DNA of 64,000 nucleotides from Candidatus Aenigmatarchaeota archaeon (GCA_038998335.1 JAVZHQ010000001.1:640001-704000), one strand, 5' to 3'; shown: positions 35,532 through 45,877, numbered from the stretch's first letter. The notes: generated by a model from the sequence alone, not told the origin. Translations and numbers: made by a program.

Positions 35532-36329
35532 CTATTCACCTCCTATTAATCTGTTTAATTTTTCCATTTTTTCCGGATAGTTAAAGCCTACAAGCTCCGA
35601 AAATCTCTTCATGGACTTATGGCTTATTACTAGCTCGTATTTTGGATTTTTTCCAAAACTATTCTTAGGTAATATTTTGTAAATAAACGATCTAATTCCT
35701 AAGGAAAACAAAAGTTTTTGAATACCTTCGATTAGTTTTTTATCTGAATTGTAAATAACTATTTTATAGTTTCTTTTATATTTTTGTCTATTCTTATCGA
35801 AACTTTTAAATATAGTTACAGAACCTTCTGCGTCAGCAACACCTCTTATAAAACTTACAATTTCTTCATCAGTCCTCAAAGAAGATAAATCTAAAAATTT
35901 GAACAACTTTACCGCTTCTATAGAGTTTAAAAATATATACCATAAAAAGTTTCCATTACCGGTCCTGTATTTTTTAATCGTAACATTTAACCCGCTCCAG
36001 TTTTTAAGCTTTTCTTTCAATATTTGGGCGAATTCTTGGTTAGAAGTAGTTATATGAATGAAATTTTTTGCGATGTGTCCATTACCTTTTATCACACCAA
36101 ACAGATATGCTAACTCTGGACTCATACTTTTAGAAATAAGCTTTTTTGATTTTTTTTCACTGATTTTCTTTTTAGTTTCTTCAGTATGATGCTTACCCAA
36201 CATAGGTCTTGGGTGTGTATGTACCTTACCACATTTTTTACATAAACAAAAATTATAACCACGAAAACTTGGAATCTTACTAACTAGTTTTCCAGGCGTT
36301 TCTGAGATTTCTGTTTCCATTAAATACAC
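35532..36329 (-). CDS. Free-standing LAGLIDADG endonuclease with NUMOD3-like motif
   Basis: LAYLFGVIKGNG and FIRGVADAEGSV motifs; GKHHTEETKKKISEK; CxCxxC..H. Confidence 0.85.
   Translation of the reverse strand: MYLMETEISETPGKLVSKIPSFRGYNFCLCKKCGKVHTHPRPMLGKHHTEETKKKISEKKSKKLISKSMSPELAYLFGVIKGNGHIAKNFIHITTSNQEFAQILKEKLKNWSGLNVTIKKYRTGNGNFLWYIFLNSIEAVKLFKFLDLSSLRTDEEIVSFIRGVADAEGSVTIFKSFDKNRQKYKRNYKIVIYNSDKKLIEGIQKLLFSLGIRSFIYKILPKNSFGKNPKYELVISHKSMKRFSELVGFNYPEKMEKLNRLIGGE
35536..35543 (-). promoter_or_regulatory. Shine-Dalgarno of alba, embedded in the last codons of the LAGLIDADG ORF
   Basis: GGAGGTGA, 6 nt before the ATG at 35529. Confidence 0.8.
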
Positions 36330-36399
36330 ACCCTGTGTTAGTTATTGAAATACTGTTAAACTTATTTTAATTTAGAGAAATATCTTTAAAAGCTTTTTC

Positions 36400-39300
36400 T
36401 TAATAGTAGTATTCTTCTTCTGGTTTTTTCCAGAGTTTTATCTTAAGATAACCAAACTTCCATAAAACTATGAAAATTCCAGCAACTACCCCAACAACCA
36501 CTAAGATTATTAAAATTGTTGAAAAGTCTGATGATGGTTTTATAAACCTTTGAAGTAATTCGTCTACAATTTGCCTTAAAGTTTGATACCTCCTATTAGC
36601 TTCATTATACTTTGATAAAGCAGTTGAATAATCTCCTTGATTTAGAGCATTCTTGGCTTCATTCAATAAGTTTTTAATTTGGCCGAGCTCTGACCATAAT
36701 GTTGAGTTAACTTTATCTCCCAAACTTTCCATATCCTTTTCTAAGGAGCTTACTCTTGAGGTAAGGTTATTTATTTTGCTTTCCAATTCTTTTTGGGTTT
36801 GAGGACAATCTTGAGAACAAGTTATTTCTTCACCAGGTTCACAAATTTTATTACCACAATAAAATCCTGGACAATCAGAGCAGCTCGGATAACTTTCTCC
36901 TTCTTCACAGATTCCATTATTGTTGCATGTAACTGAAGGACAATCTCTTGGGCAAGTTGTTCTATTCTCGTCTATATTGCAAACGCCGTCACCACAATAA
37001 CAATCTTTTGGACAAGAAGTTGAATTTTCTTCTACATCGCATACCCCATTTCCACATTTTTGCTCTACGCATAAGTTTAACGCTCTGTCACAAACTTTTC
37101 CTGTAGGACAACCACAATCTAAACAACAATTATCTTTGTTTTCTCCTTTTGAAGATTCACACTTTCCATCCCCGCAAGAAGGTAAAATAGAAGTTACTTT
37201 TACTTTTAAACTTACTGTTTTTATCCCAGCATCACTTTCTATTCTAACATAACCTTCATATTCTCCTGTTCTAAACAAAGTGCCGATTATAGAATAAGTT
37301 TTTGATTTTGAAGGTTGAATAGTATCAGTACCATAAAAGTTTGTACTTGTGTTTTCCACTCCATAAACTTCTATGCTGTAAATAGTTACTGCTACCTTTC
37401 CGTTGTTTGTTAAAGTAATCTTTTGTTCAAACCTTTGACCAGAGACTGCTACAATTGAAATTTCTAAAGGCGAGACAGAAATTTTTGGTGTTTCTTTTAT
37501 TGAAATAGAAACTGGTATGCTTATTGTTTTTCCAGCATATTTTACAAAAATTTTTCCGTTGAAATTCTTTTCACCGATTTCAAAAGTTAAAGAAACATTT
37601 TGGCTTTCACCAACTTTAAGTTCTCTCTCAAAACTTATGCTGGTAAATTGTTTGATTTCATCTGAAGCTTCTACAAGCAAATCAGTTATATCGGAATTAC
37701 CGATATTTTTTAAAGTTATGTTTGTTTTAAAAGTTTTATTTGGGTAGGATTCGCCAGAAATTGCTGAAGGAGTAACGTTAAGTAAAAAGTTTGGCTTTTC
37801 AAGACCGAAAGCTAGAACTTTTCCTCCTGTTGATTTACCACTAGCCAAAATCTCAACAAAAAATTGATCTAAATCTAAGCCAATAATTTCTGCCTGAAAA
37901 TTTGTGCCATAGTTTGTGAAATCTCCTTGTTTATATAAAGACAGATCGAAAACTTTCCATACTCTGTAACTAAGGTTTGCGTTTTGATCGCTAGAGGAAA
38001 CCAATAAAGCTAATCTTTTTTGGTCTTTGTTCCAATCAGTTTGCTTCACATCTATAATAATTTCTCCAGGGACTATCAGTCCGTCCATTCTTTCAACAAG
38101 ATTGTTGCTGACAACTTCTCTTGCGCTAATTTTAACTCCGGAAATTTGTATATTGTCAAATGGGATGTTATAGCTTTTTGGTAATTTTTCATTTATCACC
38201 CAGAACTTTCCGACATTAAGGTAAAGATTTGGAAAATAAGAAAAAGAGTATTGAGTTGTTGTATATCCTGGATAAGTGTAAAGAAAAGAAGTGGTAGAAG
38301 GTGTTAGAGGATTTCCAGATGAATCTTTTACATCAAGAAAAAGAAAAAATTCTTTTTCCTTGGTTGGCCATTCAGGTAAAAGTTTCCAGTTGATTGAATA
38401 GCTACCATAATTTTCGTTAAGGATGTTTAAACCATAAGCAAAAACAAAAATTGAAGCGTTAAGGCTTGGTGGACTAGCTGAAACTTCGTAAGTATAAACA
38501 CCAAGCTTTTCAGGAGCAACAAAACAAGTTTGGTTTATACAAACTGAGCCTGAAAAAGTGCAAGTACACATGAGATTGCCTGTTGAAATATCCTTTATTT
38601 TAGCTGTCTTACCTTCGCAATTATCGCCTTGAATAATTGCTTTTACTGTCTCACCCTTTCTTACTGCAGGAGTTCCTGAAAGAGTTCCTAATAATTGAAA
38701 GCTAGTAATGTTACAAGGCAATGGTGGCAAAACTTTAACATAAGAAAAACAAGCAGTAGATTTTGGTTCTGAACCAATCTGGTACGGAATTGCAACTTTA
38801 AAGTAGGTTTCAATTTCTTTTTGAACAGTTGGATAATAACATTCTAAGCTTATTCCGTCTCTTGATAGACCTTGGTCAACTAAGTTGTCAACTGTTACTA
38901 CTTCTTCTTCAAGATAATCAGCACACTGCTTATGTAGTTTATTATAAGTAATCACGCTTCTCCAAGTAATTGAAGTATCTTTTCCATTTTTCAGCTTGAG
39001 TGTAAAGTTTGCTTTTCTATCACTATAAACTGTTTTGCTAGAAGGCTCTATAACACAATAAGGTTCGTTTGGTATATCTTTAACTTCTATCTTAAATATC
39101 GGGGAGAAGACATCTCTGTTTTTATTTCTTAGGTGAATTCTGCAGGTCCAGTTTCCTGCTTTGTCGACAAATATTTTTCCTGTGTAGGTTTCTTTTATTT
39201 GATCCTCCATAGTACTTGAAACACAAGGAGTTGACGGCCTTCCTACATAAGGATCACATTCGTCTATCCAACCTCTAACATCATTTTCATCTGGTGGAAC

Positions 39301-41322
39301 TATACCTGGCGGAAAACAATGAAGATTTGTATGGCACCTATATTGTTCCCTACCACACTTTTCCGGACTTTCTAAGGTTTCCCAGAGTTGCCAAGTTACT
39401 GTCACTAAACTATTGACTATTACTCCTGTTGGAGGATACTCTATCCTCCCTATAGAAAATGGCTCTGAAATATTAATAGTTATTGGTGCAGGACCTTCCT
39501 GCCCGGTTATATTGATTGTTCTTGCTAGAGCATCATCCCACCATTCGTCTATCCTTCCATCTTTGTCTGCATCAAAATTTGAAATTCTCGTATGAGCCCA
39601 AATCATAACTCTTTGATTTCCTGTTGTTATAGGATAGAAGGAAGCTGGAAGTTTGCATCGAACAGTTATATTTTTCTGTGGTGTTAAAGCTATTTCAGAA
39701 GTTAAAACTTCACAGGTTGCACCTTCTGGACAACTTCCTCTTTCGTTTGCACAACCTCCTCTATTGTTTTTAGCATCAAAGTAAAGGTCTACTCTTCCTT
39801 TTCCGTCTCTAGTTTCCCATGGATTGTTAAAATCAGAAACGTTCCAAAATTCTACTCCCACAAACCAATCTGTTTGCTCCTTTGAACCAACATTTTTAAT
39901 AACAATGTTTACAGTTATATTATAATTCTGAAAGACTTGAGCTGTTCCTTGAGTAATTTTGTTTACAGAAACTTCTTCTATCCATGAATCATACATAACG
40001 TTACATTCACACTCACTAGAGTTTTTATTTTTATATTCCCTTACTTGGTAAGCTGAAGAATATTTTTCATACTTGTAGTACTCTGGCTTAGAACATTTTA
40101 CTGGGTTTTCTGTGTTGTCAGGATAAACTCCAGTAAAGTAAGAGCAATCTACATGATACTTACAATTGTTATCACATGAATAGGGATTTTGGGACCAACC
40201 AGGAGGTTTTTCGTCACAGGCTTCATCAGCACCACATGCAAACTCGCATTGAGCTCCACCATTATTACAGTTTCTTTCTGTACCTCCACTACAAACTGTA
40301 CAATTCACGCATTTTTTTGTTGTATTATCACATCTCCATTTTCCACCTGACCAAATACAATGATTATTATCATCGCAAGGACAATCTTCACGATTTTGTT
40401 TACATACACCAGTTTTTTTGCAACAGTAATAACCTGAAGCACAATCAGAGTCAGATTGGCAAGAAGTTAAACAATTACCATTTCTACAGGCATAAGGCGA
40501 ACAATCTGTTGAATATAGAAAACAAGTTTCTCCACATTTTTTTCTAACAGTTCCATCGCATGTACTATAACCTACAGGTTTTTCATCACATTCCTCACTC
40601 GCACCACAAGCTGACTCACATACAATCTCAACATTACAACCAACTGTTTCACAATCCCAAATCCCTGTAAATTCTATGCAACTTTTAGGAGTACCATAAC
40701 ATCTTTTGTATTGATTTGAATATTTACACCCTGCTAATTCGCATCTTTCCTTTCTTGTCTGTTCATCAGAAATTTCATTATAGGAGTCACATGACTTAGG
40801 AGTACCTTTACAAATTAAAGAAGAGGGAGGATGGTACAGCCCATTCCTGTCACCAAATTTCTTCCATTGATAGGAACCTAGACATTCGATGCACTGCTTT
40901 TCGCTTTTATCCCATACGCCCATGTATTTGTGTTCTTTACATCCCCAGTCCCAATAATCTATACTGACTACGCAAGGCTCACCATTCCATTTATTGACAT
41001 CTGGGCACCTATACTCTTCACAAGCACAAGTGTTTGGTACTTCTTCTGGTGGGATGCCATCAGGACAACTACTCATACCATAGTAAATATAACCTTCACA
41101 CCATTCTCCAAAATCCTGGCACTCGTTATTTTTATTTATTAAACATCTAGAAGTTCCTGAAAGATCGATTACTGCTTCGAAACAATAACCACAACCTAAC
41201 ACACCTATCCAGTCCCCAGCGCATCTATAGTGACAACCAGCCCTCGCATCAGTAAATAGAACTAAAAAAGTTAAGAAAAACGATAATAAAACTATTTTAT
41301 ACCATTTCATTTTTAACACCAA
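36400..41322 (-). CDS. Large (1640 aa) Cys-rich cell-surface protein
   Basis: Signal peptide, several Cys repeat types, Ig-like segments, coiled coil, C-terminal TM. Confidence 0.8.
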   Translation of the reverse strand: MVLKMKWYKIVLLSFFLTFLVLFTDARAGCHYRCAGDWIGVLGCGYCFEAVIDLSGTSRCLINKNNECQDFGEWCEGYIYYGMSSCPDGIPPEEVPNTCACEEYRCPDVNKWNGEPCVVSIDYWDWGCKEHKYMGVWDKSEKQCIECLGSYQWKKFGDRNGLYHPPSSLICKGTPKSCDSYNEISDEQTRKERCELAGCKYSNQYKRCYGTPKSCIEFTGIWDCETVGCNVEIVCESACGASEECDEKPVGYSTCDGTVRKKCGETCFLYSTDCSPYACRNGNCLTSCQSDSDCASGYYCCKKTGVCKQNREDCPCDDNNHCIWSGGKWRCDNTTKKCVNCTVCSGGTERNCNNGGAQCEFACGADEACDEKPPGWSQNPYSCDNNCKYHVDCSYFTGVYPDNTENPVKCSKPEYYKYEKYSSAYQVREYKNKNSSECECNVMYDSWIEEVSVNKITQGTAQVFQNYNITVNIVIKNVGSKEQTDWFVGVEFWNVSDFNNPWETRDGKGRVDLYFDAKNNRGGCANERGSCPEGATCEVLTSEIALTPQKNITVRCKLPASFYPITTGNQRVMIWAHTRISNFDADKDGRIDEWWDDALARTINITGQEGPAPITINISEPFSIGRIEYPPTGVIVNSLVTVTWQLWETLESPEKCGREQYRCHTNLHCFPPGIVPPDENDVRGWIDECDPYVGRPSTPCVSSTMEDQIKETYTGKIFVDKAGNWTCRIHLRNKNRDVFSPIFKIEVKDIPNEPYCVIEPSSKTVYSDRKANFTLKLKNGKDTSITWRSVITYNKLHKQCADYLEEEVVTVDNLVDQGLSRDGISLECYYPTVQKEIETYFKVAIPYQIGSEPKSTACFSYVKVLPPLPCNITSFQLLGTLSGTPAVRKGETVKAIIQGDNCEGKTAKIKDISTGNLMCTCTFSGSVCINQTCFVAPEKLGVYTYEVSASPPSLNASIFVFAYGLNILNENYGSYSINWKLLPEWPTKEKEFFLFLDVKDSSGNPLTPSTTSFLYTYPGYTTTQYSFSYFPNLYLNVGKFWVINEKLPKSYNIPFDNIQISGVKISAREVVSNNLVERMDGLIVPGEIIIDVKQTDWNKDQKRLALLVSSSDQNANLSYRVWKVFDLSLYKQGDFTNYGTNFQAEIIGLDLDQFFVEILASGKSTGGKVLAFGLEKPNFLLNVTPSAISGESYPNKTFKTNITLKNIGNSDITDLLVEASDEIKQFTSISFERELKVGESQNVSLTFEIGEKNFNGKIFVKYAGKTISIPVSISIKETPKISVSPLEISIVAVSGQRFEQKITLTNNGKVAVTIYSIEVYGVENTSTNFYGTDTIQPSKSKTYSIIGTLFRTGEYEGYVRIESDAGIKTVSLKVKVTSILPSCGDGKCESSKGENKDNCCLDCGCPTGKVCDRALNLCVEQKCGNGVCDVEENSTSCPKDCYCGDGVCNIDENRTTCPRDCPSVTCNNNGICEEGESYPSCSDCPGFYCGNKICEPGEEITCSQDCPQTQKELESKINNLTSRVSSLEKDMESLGDKVNSTLWSELGQIKNLLNEAKNALNQGDYSTALSKYNEANRRYQTLRQIVDELLQRFIKPSSDFSTILIILVVVGVVAGIFIVLWKFGYLKIKLWKKPEEEYYY

Positions 41323-42298
41323 TCAAAATAATCCGATTATCATAAGAATAGTAAAATACGACATTTTTACCGTTTCTCGCTATTACCGAATTTTCACATT
41401 TTTTGCATGGAGTTTGTGTTAATTTAGTTTTATCAACTGGTATGACAACAAATTTATTTAGGAAATTACCACAAACTTCATATTGGCAGTCGATTTTATA
41501 ACCTGCAAACTCTTTATCAAAATAATAAAGTAGTGTTAAATTTGCTCCTTCGCAGAAAGAGGATACCTCTACATATTTATTAAATTCTAAATTATCTATC
41601 GGACAATTAAAAACTTTTCTAAAAGATAATTCAGCTCTATCTTTTTCTTGAAGATTGTCTATCAAGATAGGTGGATATAAAGAATAGGTACCCATGTCTA
41701 CCCATATCTTATAATTTCCATCAGTACACTTTACAACCAAGACAATAGTTGTAAAGTTTTTAATGTATGAGGAAAAATCGATAGAATGATTTTTAATTTC
41801 ACAAGTAGAAAAAGATGGATATTTTTCTTTTATCTCTCTAAAAAGATAATCTAAAAAATTACTTTCTGAAACTTTTTTAAGCAAATTTGATTGGAAATCA
41901 AAAATAAATGTCTTCAATTTATTTTCATAGACGCAATAAAATGATAATTGATATTCATTCTCGTATTCTTTTGAATCATAAAATTTACAATTTTCCAATT
42001 CTTCCCATACTTCTGGTTCTTCCCAAAGAAAGCTCCATCCATTCAGCTTGTAACTAATATTTCCACTTTTATACTCTGTATAGAAAGGCCTTCCGTTACA
42101 AACAAGCCAAAATTCACCATTATCGCCAAAACCATTTATTTTTTCTTTGACAATCTTACAAAATTCCAACTTTTCTTCAAGTAAATTTATCACTCTATTT
42201 CTAATATTATTTGGAACTACTAAAAAGTACCAATAACAAATCACGATAATGACTATACCAAGTATTAAGAAAATCAAAGTTAATATCTTAATATTCAT
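41297..42298 (-). CDS. Hypothetical protein with N-terminal TM
   Basis: 333 aa ORF overlapping the start of the next gene. Confidence 0.6.
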   Translation of the reverse strand: MNIKILTLIFLILGIVIIVICYWYFLVVPNNIRNRVINLLEEKLEFCKIVKEKINGFGDNGEFWLVCNGRPFYTEYKSGNISYKLNGWSFLWEEPEVWEELENCKFYDSKEYENEYQLSFYCVYENKLKTFIFDFQSNLLKKVSESNFLDYLFREIKEKYPSFSTCEIKNHSIDFSSYIKNFTTIVLVVKCTDGNYKIWVDMGTYSLYPPILIDNLQEKDRAELSFRKVFNCPIDNLEFNKYVEVSSFCEGANLTLLYYFDKEFAGYKIDCQYEVCGNFLNKFVVIPVDKTKLTQTPCKKCENSVIARNGKNVVFYYSYDNRIILIGVKNEMV

Positions 42299-42382
42299 AA
42301 TCCTTCAATTTAATTTTTCATTTTTAGTCATATAAAAATTGCAGTTTTATAATTTCTCAAAACCAATTTTAAATTAGAGAAA

Positions 42383-43717
42383 ATGGCAAAATGCCCTTAT
42401 TGTGGTTCAGAAAAAACCACATCTTACAAAACACCAGAAGGAGAAAAGGGTCATTATTGCTATGATTGCAAAAGAGAATTTAAAACTATAGGAGATAAAA
42501 TTCTAACCGGAATTTTTAAAAAGAAAGAAACAAAAAAAGAAGGCGAGGAAGGAAAAAAGAAAGAGAAAAGAACTTCTATAATTCCTGCTTTGTTTCTTTT
42601 AGCTGCTCTTGTAATAACTTTTCTTGTTCCTCTTGACCATACAACAAAAACTCTTATTGTTGCAGCAATGGGTATATTTGTAATGGTGGTTTATGGTTTT
42701 TTCAGTCTTGCAAGCTTTGGGTTTATAATCTTAATAATTTACTTGGTTTTTAACTTGCCAGTAGTACATGCTGAACTTGAAAAATATGAAGTTTATGAGC
42801 ATTTTAAAAGAATTCAGCAAGAGTTTTGCATAGGCACTTGCATTTTATCAAATGCTTTTTATACAAGAGCAGACCCAAGGGCTTATTGTGAATCTCAATG
42901 TGGAGTTGTTCAAATAAGTAAAGTAGCAGGAGCTTGCACAGAATGCTTAACTTATGAAAAGTATGAAAGAATATACCCTGCAAGAGAAGGTTCTTCTGAA
43001 ATCGTTGATATAAACTTGAAAATGGCAAAATCGAACACGATAGCAAAAAATGTTTGGGTTGAAGTCTTTACTGATAAAGAAAATTTACCTGCAGAAATAA
43101 GTAAATGCAGCTTTAGCGAAACTTGCGAGCTTAGAAGTGAGGAAGAAAAAAGAGTAATAGCTACTTTTAATGAGAATGATGTGAAATGTGAAGGCTCTTT
43201 TTTCAAGTACAGAATAAAAGTTGGCTATGATTTTGAAACAAAATCAGACAACTCTTTTGATTTGGTAAAAGAGTTTACAGGAACTATAACTGAAATTAAA
43301 AGTCCATCCTCAGAAGGGCCTTTAAGCGTAAGTATAGGAGGGCAAAAATACTATGTAGTTGGAGAAGATGATTATGCCTATATTTCAATATATGTTTCAA
43401 ACGAAGGAAAAGGTTCTGTTAAAATTAAAGAGATAAAAGTTTATCAAATTCCACCATACGGACAAGAAGAATTAAGCTTTACTTATGATTGTACAAAAGG
43501 CTATATTTTCAGTAAAGCCGATTACTATTATTCAGAAAAAACTTTAACTGTTAGTGGAACTATTTCTTCACTTGGAAAAAATGAAAAGGATGCTATAATT
43601 TGCAAGTTTTCACTTCCTAGCGACATTCCTTCTTCAAGGCTAACTTACAGTTTTAAAGCAGAAGTAAGTTATTCTTATGAGCTAGAGAATAGCTACAGTA
43701 TACCATGCAAAAAATAG
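42383..43717 (+). CDS. Zn-ribbon + TM + extracellular beta-rich protein
   Basis: CPYC...CYDC; about 3 TM; C-terminal domain resembles 4883/5779 proteins. Confidence 0.65.
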   Translation: MAKCPYCGSEKTTSYKTPEGEKGHYCYDCKREFKTIGDKILTGIFKKKETKKEGEEGKKKEKRTSIIPALFLLAALVITFLVPLDHTTKTLIVAAMGIFVMVVYGFFSLASFGFIILIIYLVFNLPVVHAELEKYEVYEHFKRIQQEFCIGTCILSNAFYTRADPRAYCESQCGVVQISKVAGACTECLTYEKYERIYPAREGSSEIVDINLKMAKSNTIAKNVWVEVFTDKENLPAEISKCSFSETCELRSEEEKRVIATFNENDVKCEGSFFKYRIKVGYDFETKSDNSFDLVKEFTGTITEIKSPSSEGPLSVSIGGQKYYVVGEDDYAYISIYVSNEGKGSVKIKEIKVYQIPPYGQEELSFTYDCTKGYIFSKADYYYSEKTLTVSGTISSLGKNEKDAIICKFSLPSDIPSSRLTYSFKAEVSYSYELENSYSIPCKK

Positions 43718-43718
43718 T

Positions 43719-44102
43719 TTAGCAACCACAAGCTTGTGCACATTTTTGGTAATCGGTATAACCTGCATATCTACAAACCTCATCCATAGTAACTTTTCCG
43801 TCAATTTCGCCTAAAATACCATCTATACATCTCGTGTTTGGGATTAAAGCTAGAGGAACTGTGTAATTTACATTTGACTTACCGTCAGACTTGCAATTAG
43901 TTGACCAAGCTTTACATGCTGTTTTAAAGATTGTTTCAGGATCAGAACAAGGTGGACAGCATACGATGTACCACCACCAGATAGCCCCTATAAAGAAAAC
44001 TAAACATATAACAAAAATAAAACAATAGAAAATCTTAAGAATAGTTTTTACTCTGTTGTGCAAATGAAAAGGTGCTAACCTCCACAACATTTTTGTCGGC
44101 AA
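43719..44102 (-). CDS. Pilin-like protein, paralog of 44075..44389 (start uncertain)
   Basis: Shares C.DPE....AC..W...C, VP.ALIP.TRC.D and DGKVTM.E.C.YAG. Confidence 0.6.
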   Translation of the reverse strand: MPTKMLWRLAPFHLHNRVKTILKIFYCFIFVICLVFFIGAIWWWYIVCCPPCSDPETIFKTACKAWSTNCKSDGKSNVNYTVPLALIPNTRCIDGILGEIDGKVTMDEVCRYAGYTDYQKCAQACGC

Positions 44103-44389
44103 TCTGATACTCCAGCATAACTACAGGCTTCTTCCATTGTTACCTTACCATCACCATCAATATCTACACATCTTGTGTCTGGAATTAAAGCTGGAGGAAC
44201 TATGTAATCAGCTGGGTTATCCTGACAGTGGGAAGTTGCCCAACCTCTACAGGCTTGGGTAATGACATACTCTGGATCAGGGCAATGTGGGAAAAACCAC
44301 AGATACCAAACAACTACTGCAAGCAAAACAACTACTGCAATTATCAGAATCACAAGATATTCAACTGGTAAAGCAATTCCTTTGCTCAT
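44075..44389 (-). CDS. Class III signal peptide pilin-like protein
   Basis: MSKGIALPVE signal; DIDGDG Ca-binding-like loop. Confidence 0.75.
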   Translation of the reverse strand: MSKGIALPVEYLVILIIAVVVLLAVVVWYLWFFPHCPDPEYVITQACRGWATSHCQDNPADYIVPPALIPDTRCVDIDGDGKVTMEEACSYAGVSDCRQKCCGG

Positions 44390-44420
44390 AAAATAAATTT
44401 CGATTTTTTTATTCTTAAAG

Positions 44421-44885
44421 CTAAGCTTTTATTTCATAAGCTATCTCAGAAACAGTCTCGGCAGAAAAGTCAAGCATACCAGCTTGAGAATATTTTTCAG
44501 CGGAAAATTTTAATCTTACGATAACTTTTGTCAAATCGGAATTGAAATCCAGAGAAATCTTTTCCAACTTAATTGAAGATTCTAATGGTATAGGATCAAA
44601 ATTTTCGTTCAATCTTTCTAAAAAGGTTTGCCTTAAGCTATCATCGTTTTTCAAATCATCAAATGTTATGCCCATATCTGAAAGTGTTTTTTCAAAAGAA
44701 AACTTTAAAGCTTGTTTAGCGTTTAGCTTTGCAAACTCTATTTTATTTATAAGGTTGTAAACTCTAGAAACATAGTCAGAAAATTCGCATTCTTGGCTAA
44801 GCCTGCTTGCAAGGAAAAAATCAACTAAAACAAAAATTACTAGCACCACAACAAAACCAGCAAGATATTTTACGTATCCTTTCAT
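44421..44885 (-). CDS. Pilin-like protein
   Basis: MKG + hydrophobic helix. Confidence 0.62.
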   Translation of the reverse strand: MKGYVKYLAGFVVVLVIFVLVDFFLASRLSQECEFSDYVSRVYNLINKIEFAKLNAKQALKFSFEKTLSDMGITFDDLKNDDSLRQTFLERLNENFDPIPLESSIKLEKISLDFNSDLTKVIVRLKFSAEKYSQAGMLDFSAETVSEIAYEIKA

Positions 44886-44889
44886 TCTT

Positions 44890-45441
44890 TCACCCTGTAA
44901 CCAAAATTACTTTTAACTTTTGAAGGTTTGGTAAAGTTAAAGTAGTGTATGAAGAATACCTTCCACCAAACTGAAAGTAAGTTAGCATACTTCCAAGGTT
45001 GCAAGGGTTATACTCTTTAGTTTCTATTTCAGAATTGCCAAATTCAAGGATATTCTCCTCTTCGTTTCTCACAGCAAGGTAATAATCCCTATTCGGAATG
45101 ATTGTTTCCATCTTGGTTCTAATTAATTCTTCTAAATCAATTTCATTATTATCAACAACAATTCTTTTACTTTTTTCAAGAGCACCATAAGCCAAAAGCT
45201 CTTGAACTTGCTTGTTTGTTTTTGTTTCAGTTGAACCTAAAAGAGTGAACAAAGCATGGTCTGAGGTTAAAGGGGTGTGAAGCGGGCTTAAAGTAACTTT
45301 AACTGTTACTGGAGCATGTAACCAGCCGTGAGTAAGTCCGGAAACATACTGCCAGCCCCATAAAAAGTTTGGCAAAAGCATAAGTATTATGAAGCATGTT
45401 AGTACTACTATCGCAAAAAGAATAGCCTCAGTTACAGCCAT
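44890..45441 (-). CDS. Pilin-like protein
   Basis: N-terminal hydrophobic helix, within the operon. Confidence 0.6.
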   Translation of the reverse strand: MAVTEAILFAIVVLTCFIILMLLPNFLWGWQYVSGLTHGWLHAPVTVKVTLSPLHTPLTSDHALFTLLGSTETKTNKQVQELLAYGALEKSKRIVVDNNEIDLEELIRTKMETIIPNRDYYLAVRNEEENILEFGNSEIETKEYNPCNLGSMLTYFQFGGRYSSYTTLTLPNLQKLKVILVTG

Positions 45442-45445
45442 TCCT

Positions 45446-45877
45446 CTAATAAATTCCCACCTCCATTCTTCCTTCTACAAACTTATCAGGATATTTTATT
45501 AAAACAGGGTAGGATAAAGTATCTTCTATCTCAAAACCTTTTGAGCCTATAACCCAATGGCCGTTCTCACTGTCTGTAATTTCGACATAGAAGTTTTTCT
45601 TGAAAGAAATGCTGCAGCTAGGATTTGAATCTAGTTTGCTTTTATCAAAAACTCCACGCCAGTTATTGCCGTTTTCCTTATAAACCAAGCATTCATGATT
45701 TAAAAGATTCTCCATCAAATCTATAAGATATCTCGCATCTTCTCTTGCCTCAAAAGTTACTTGGTATTGCATAACCCCTAACAAACAGCCTAGAATTGTC
45801 ATGGTCAGAAGAAGAAAAGAAATAACTTTAAGCATAACCTCTGGTGGAATTGAAACCTGACCTTTCAGGAAAGCCAA
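45446..45877 (-). CDS. Class III signal peptide pilin-like protein
   Basis: KGQVSIPPE signal. Confidence 0.7.
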   Translation of the reverse strand: MAFLKGQVSIPPEVMLKVISFLLLTMTILGCLLGVMQYQVTFEAREDARYLIDLMENLLNHECLVYKENGNNWRGVFDKSKLDSNPSCSISFKKNFYVEITDSENGHWVIGSKGFEIEDTLSYPVLIKYPDKFVEGRMEVGIY

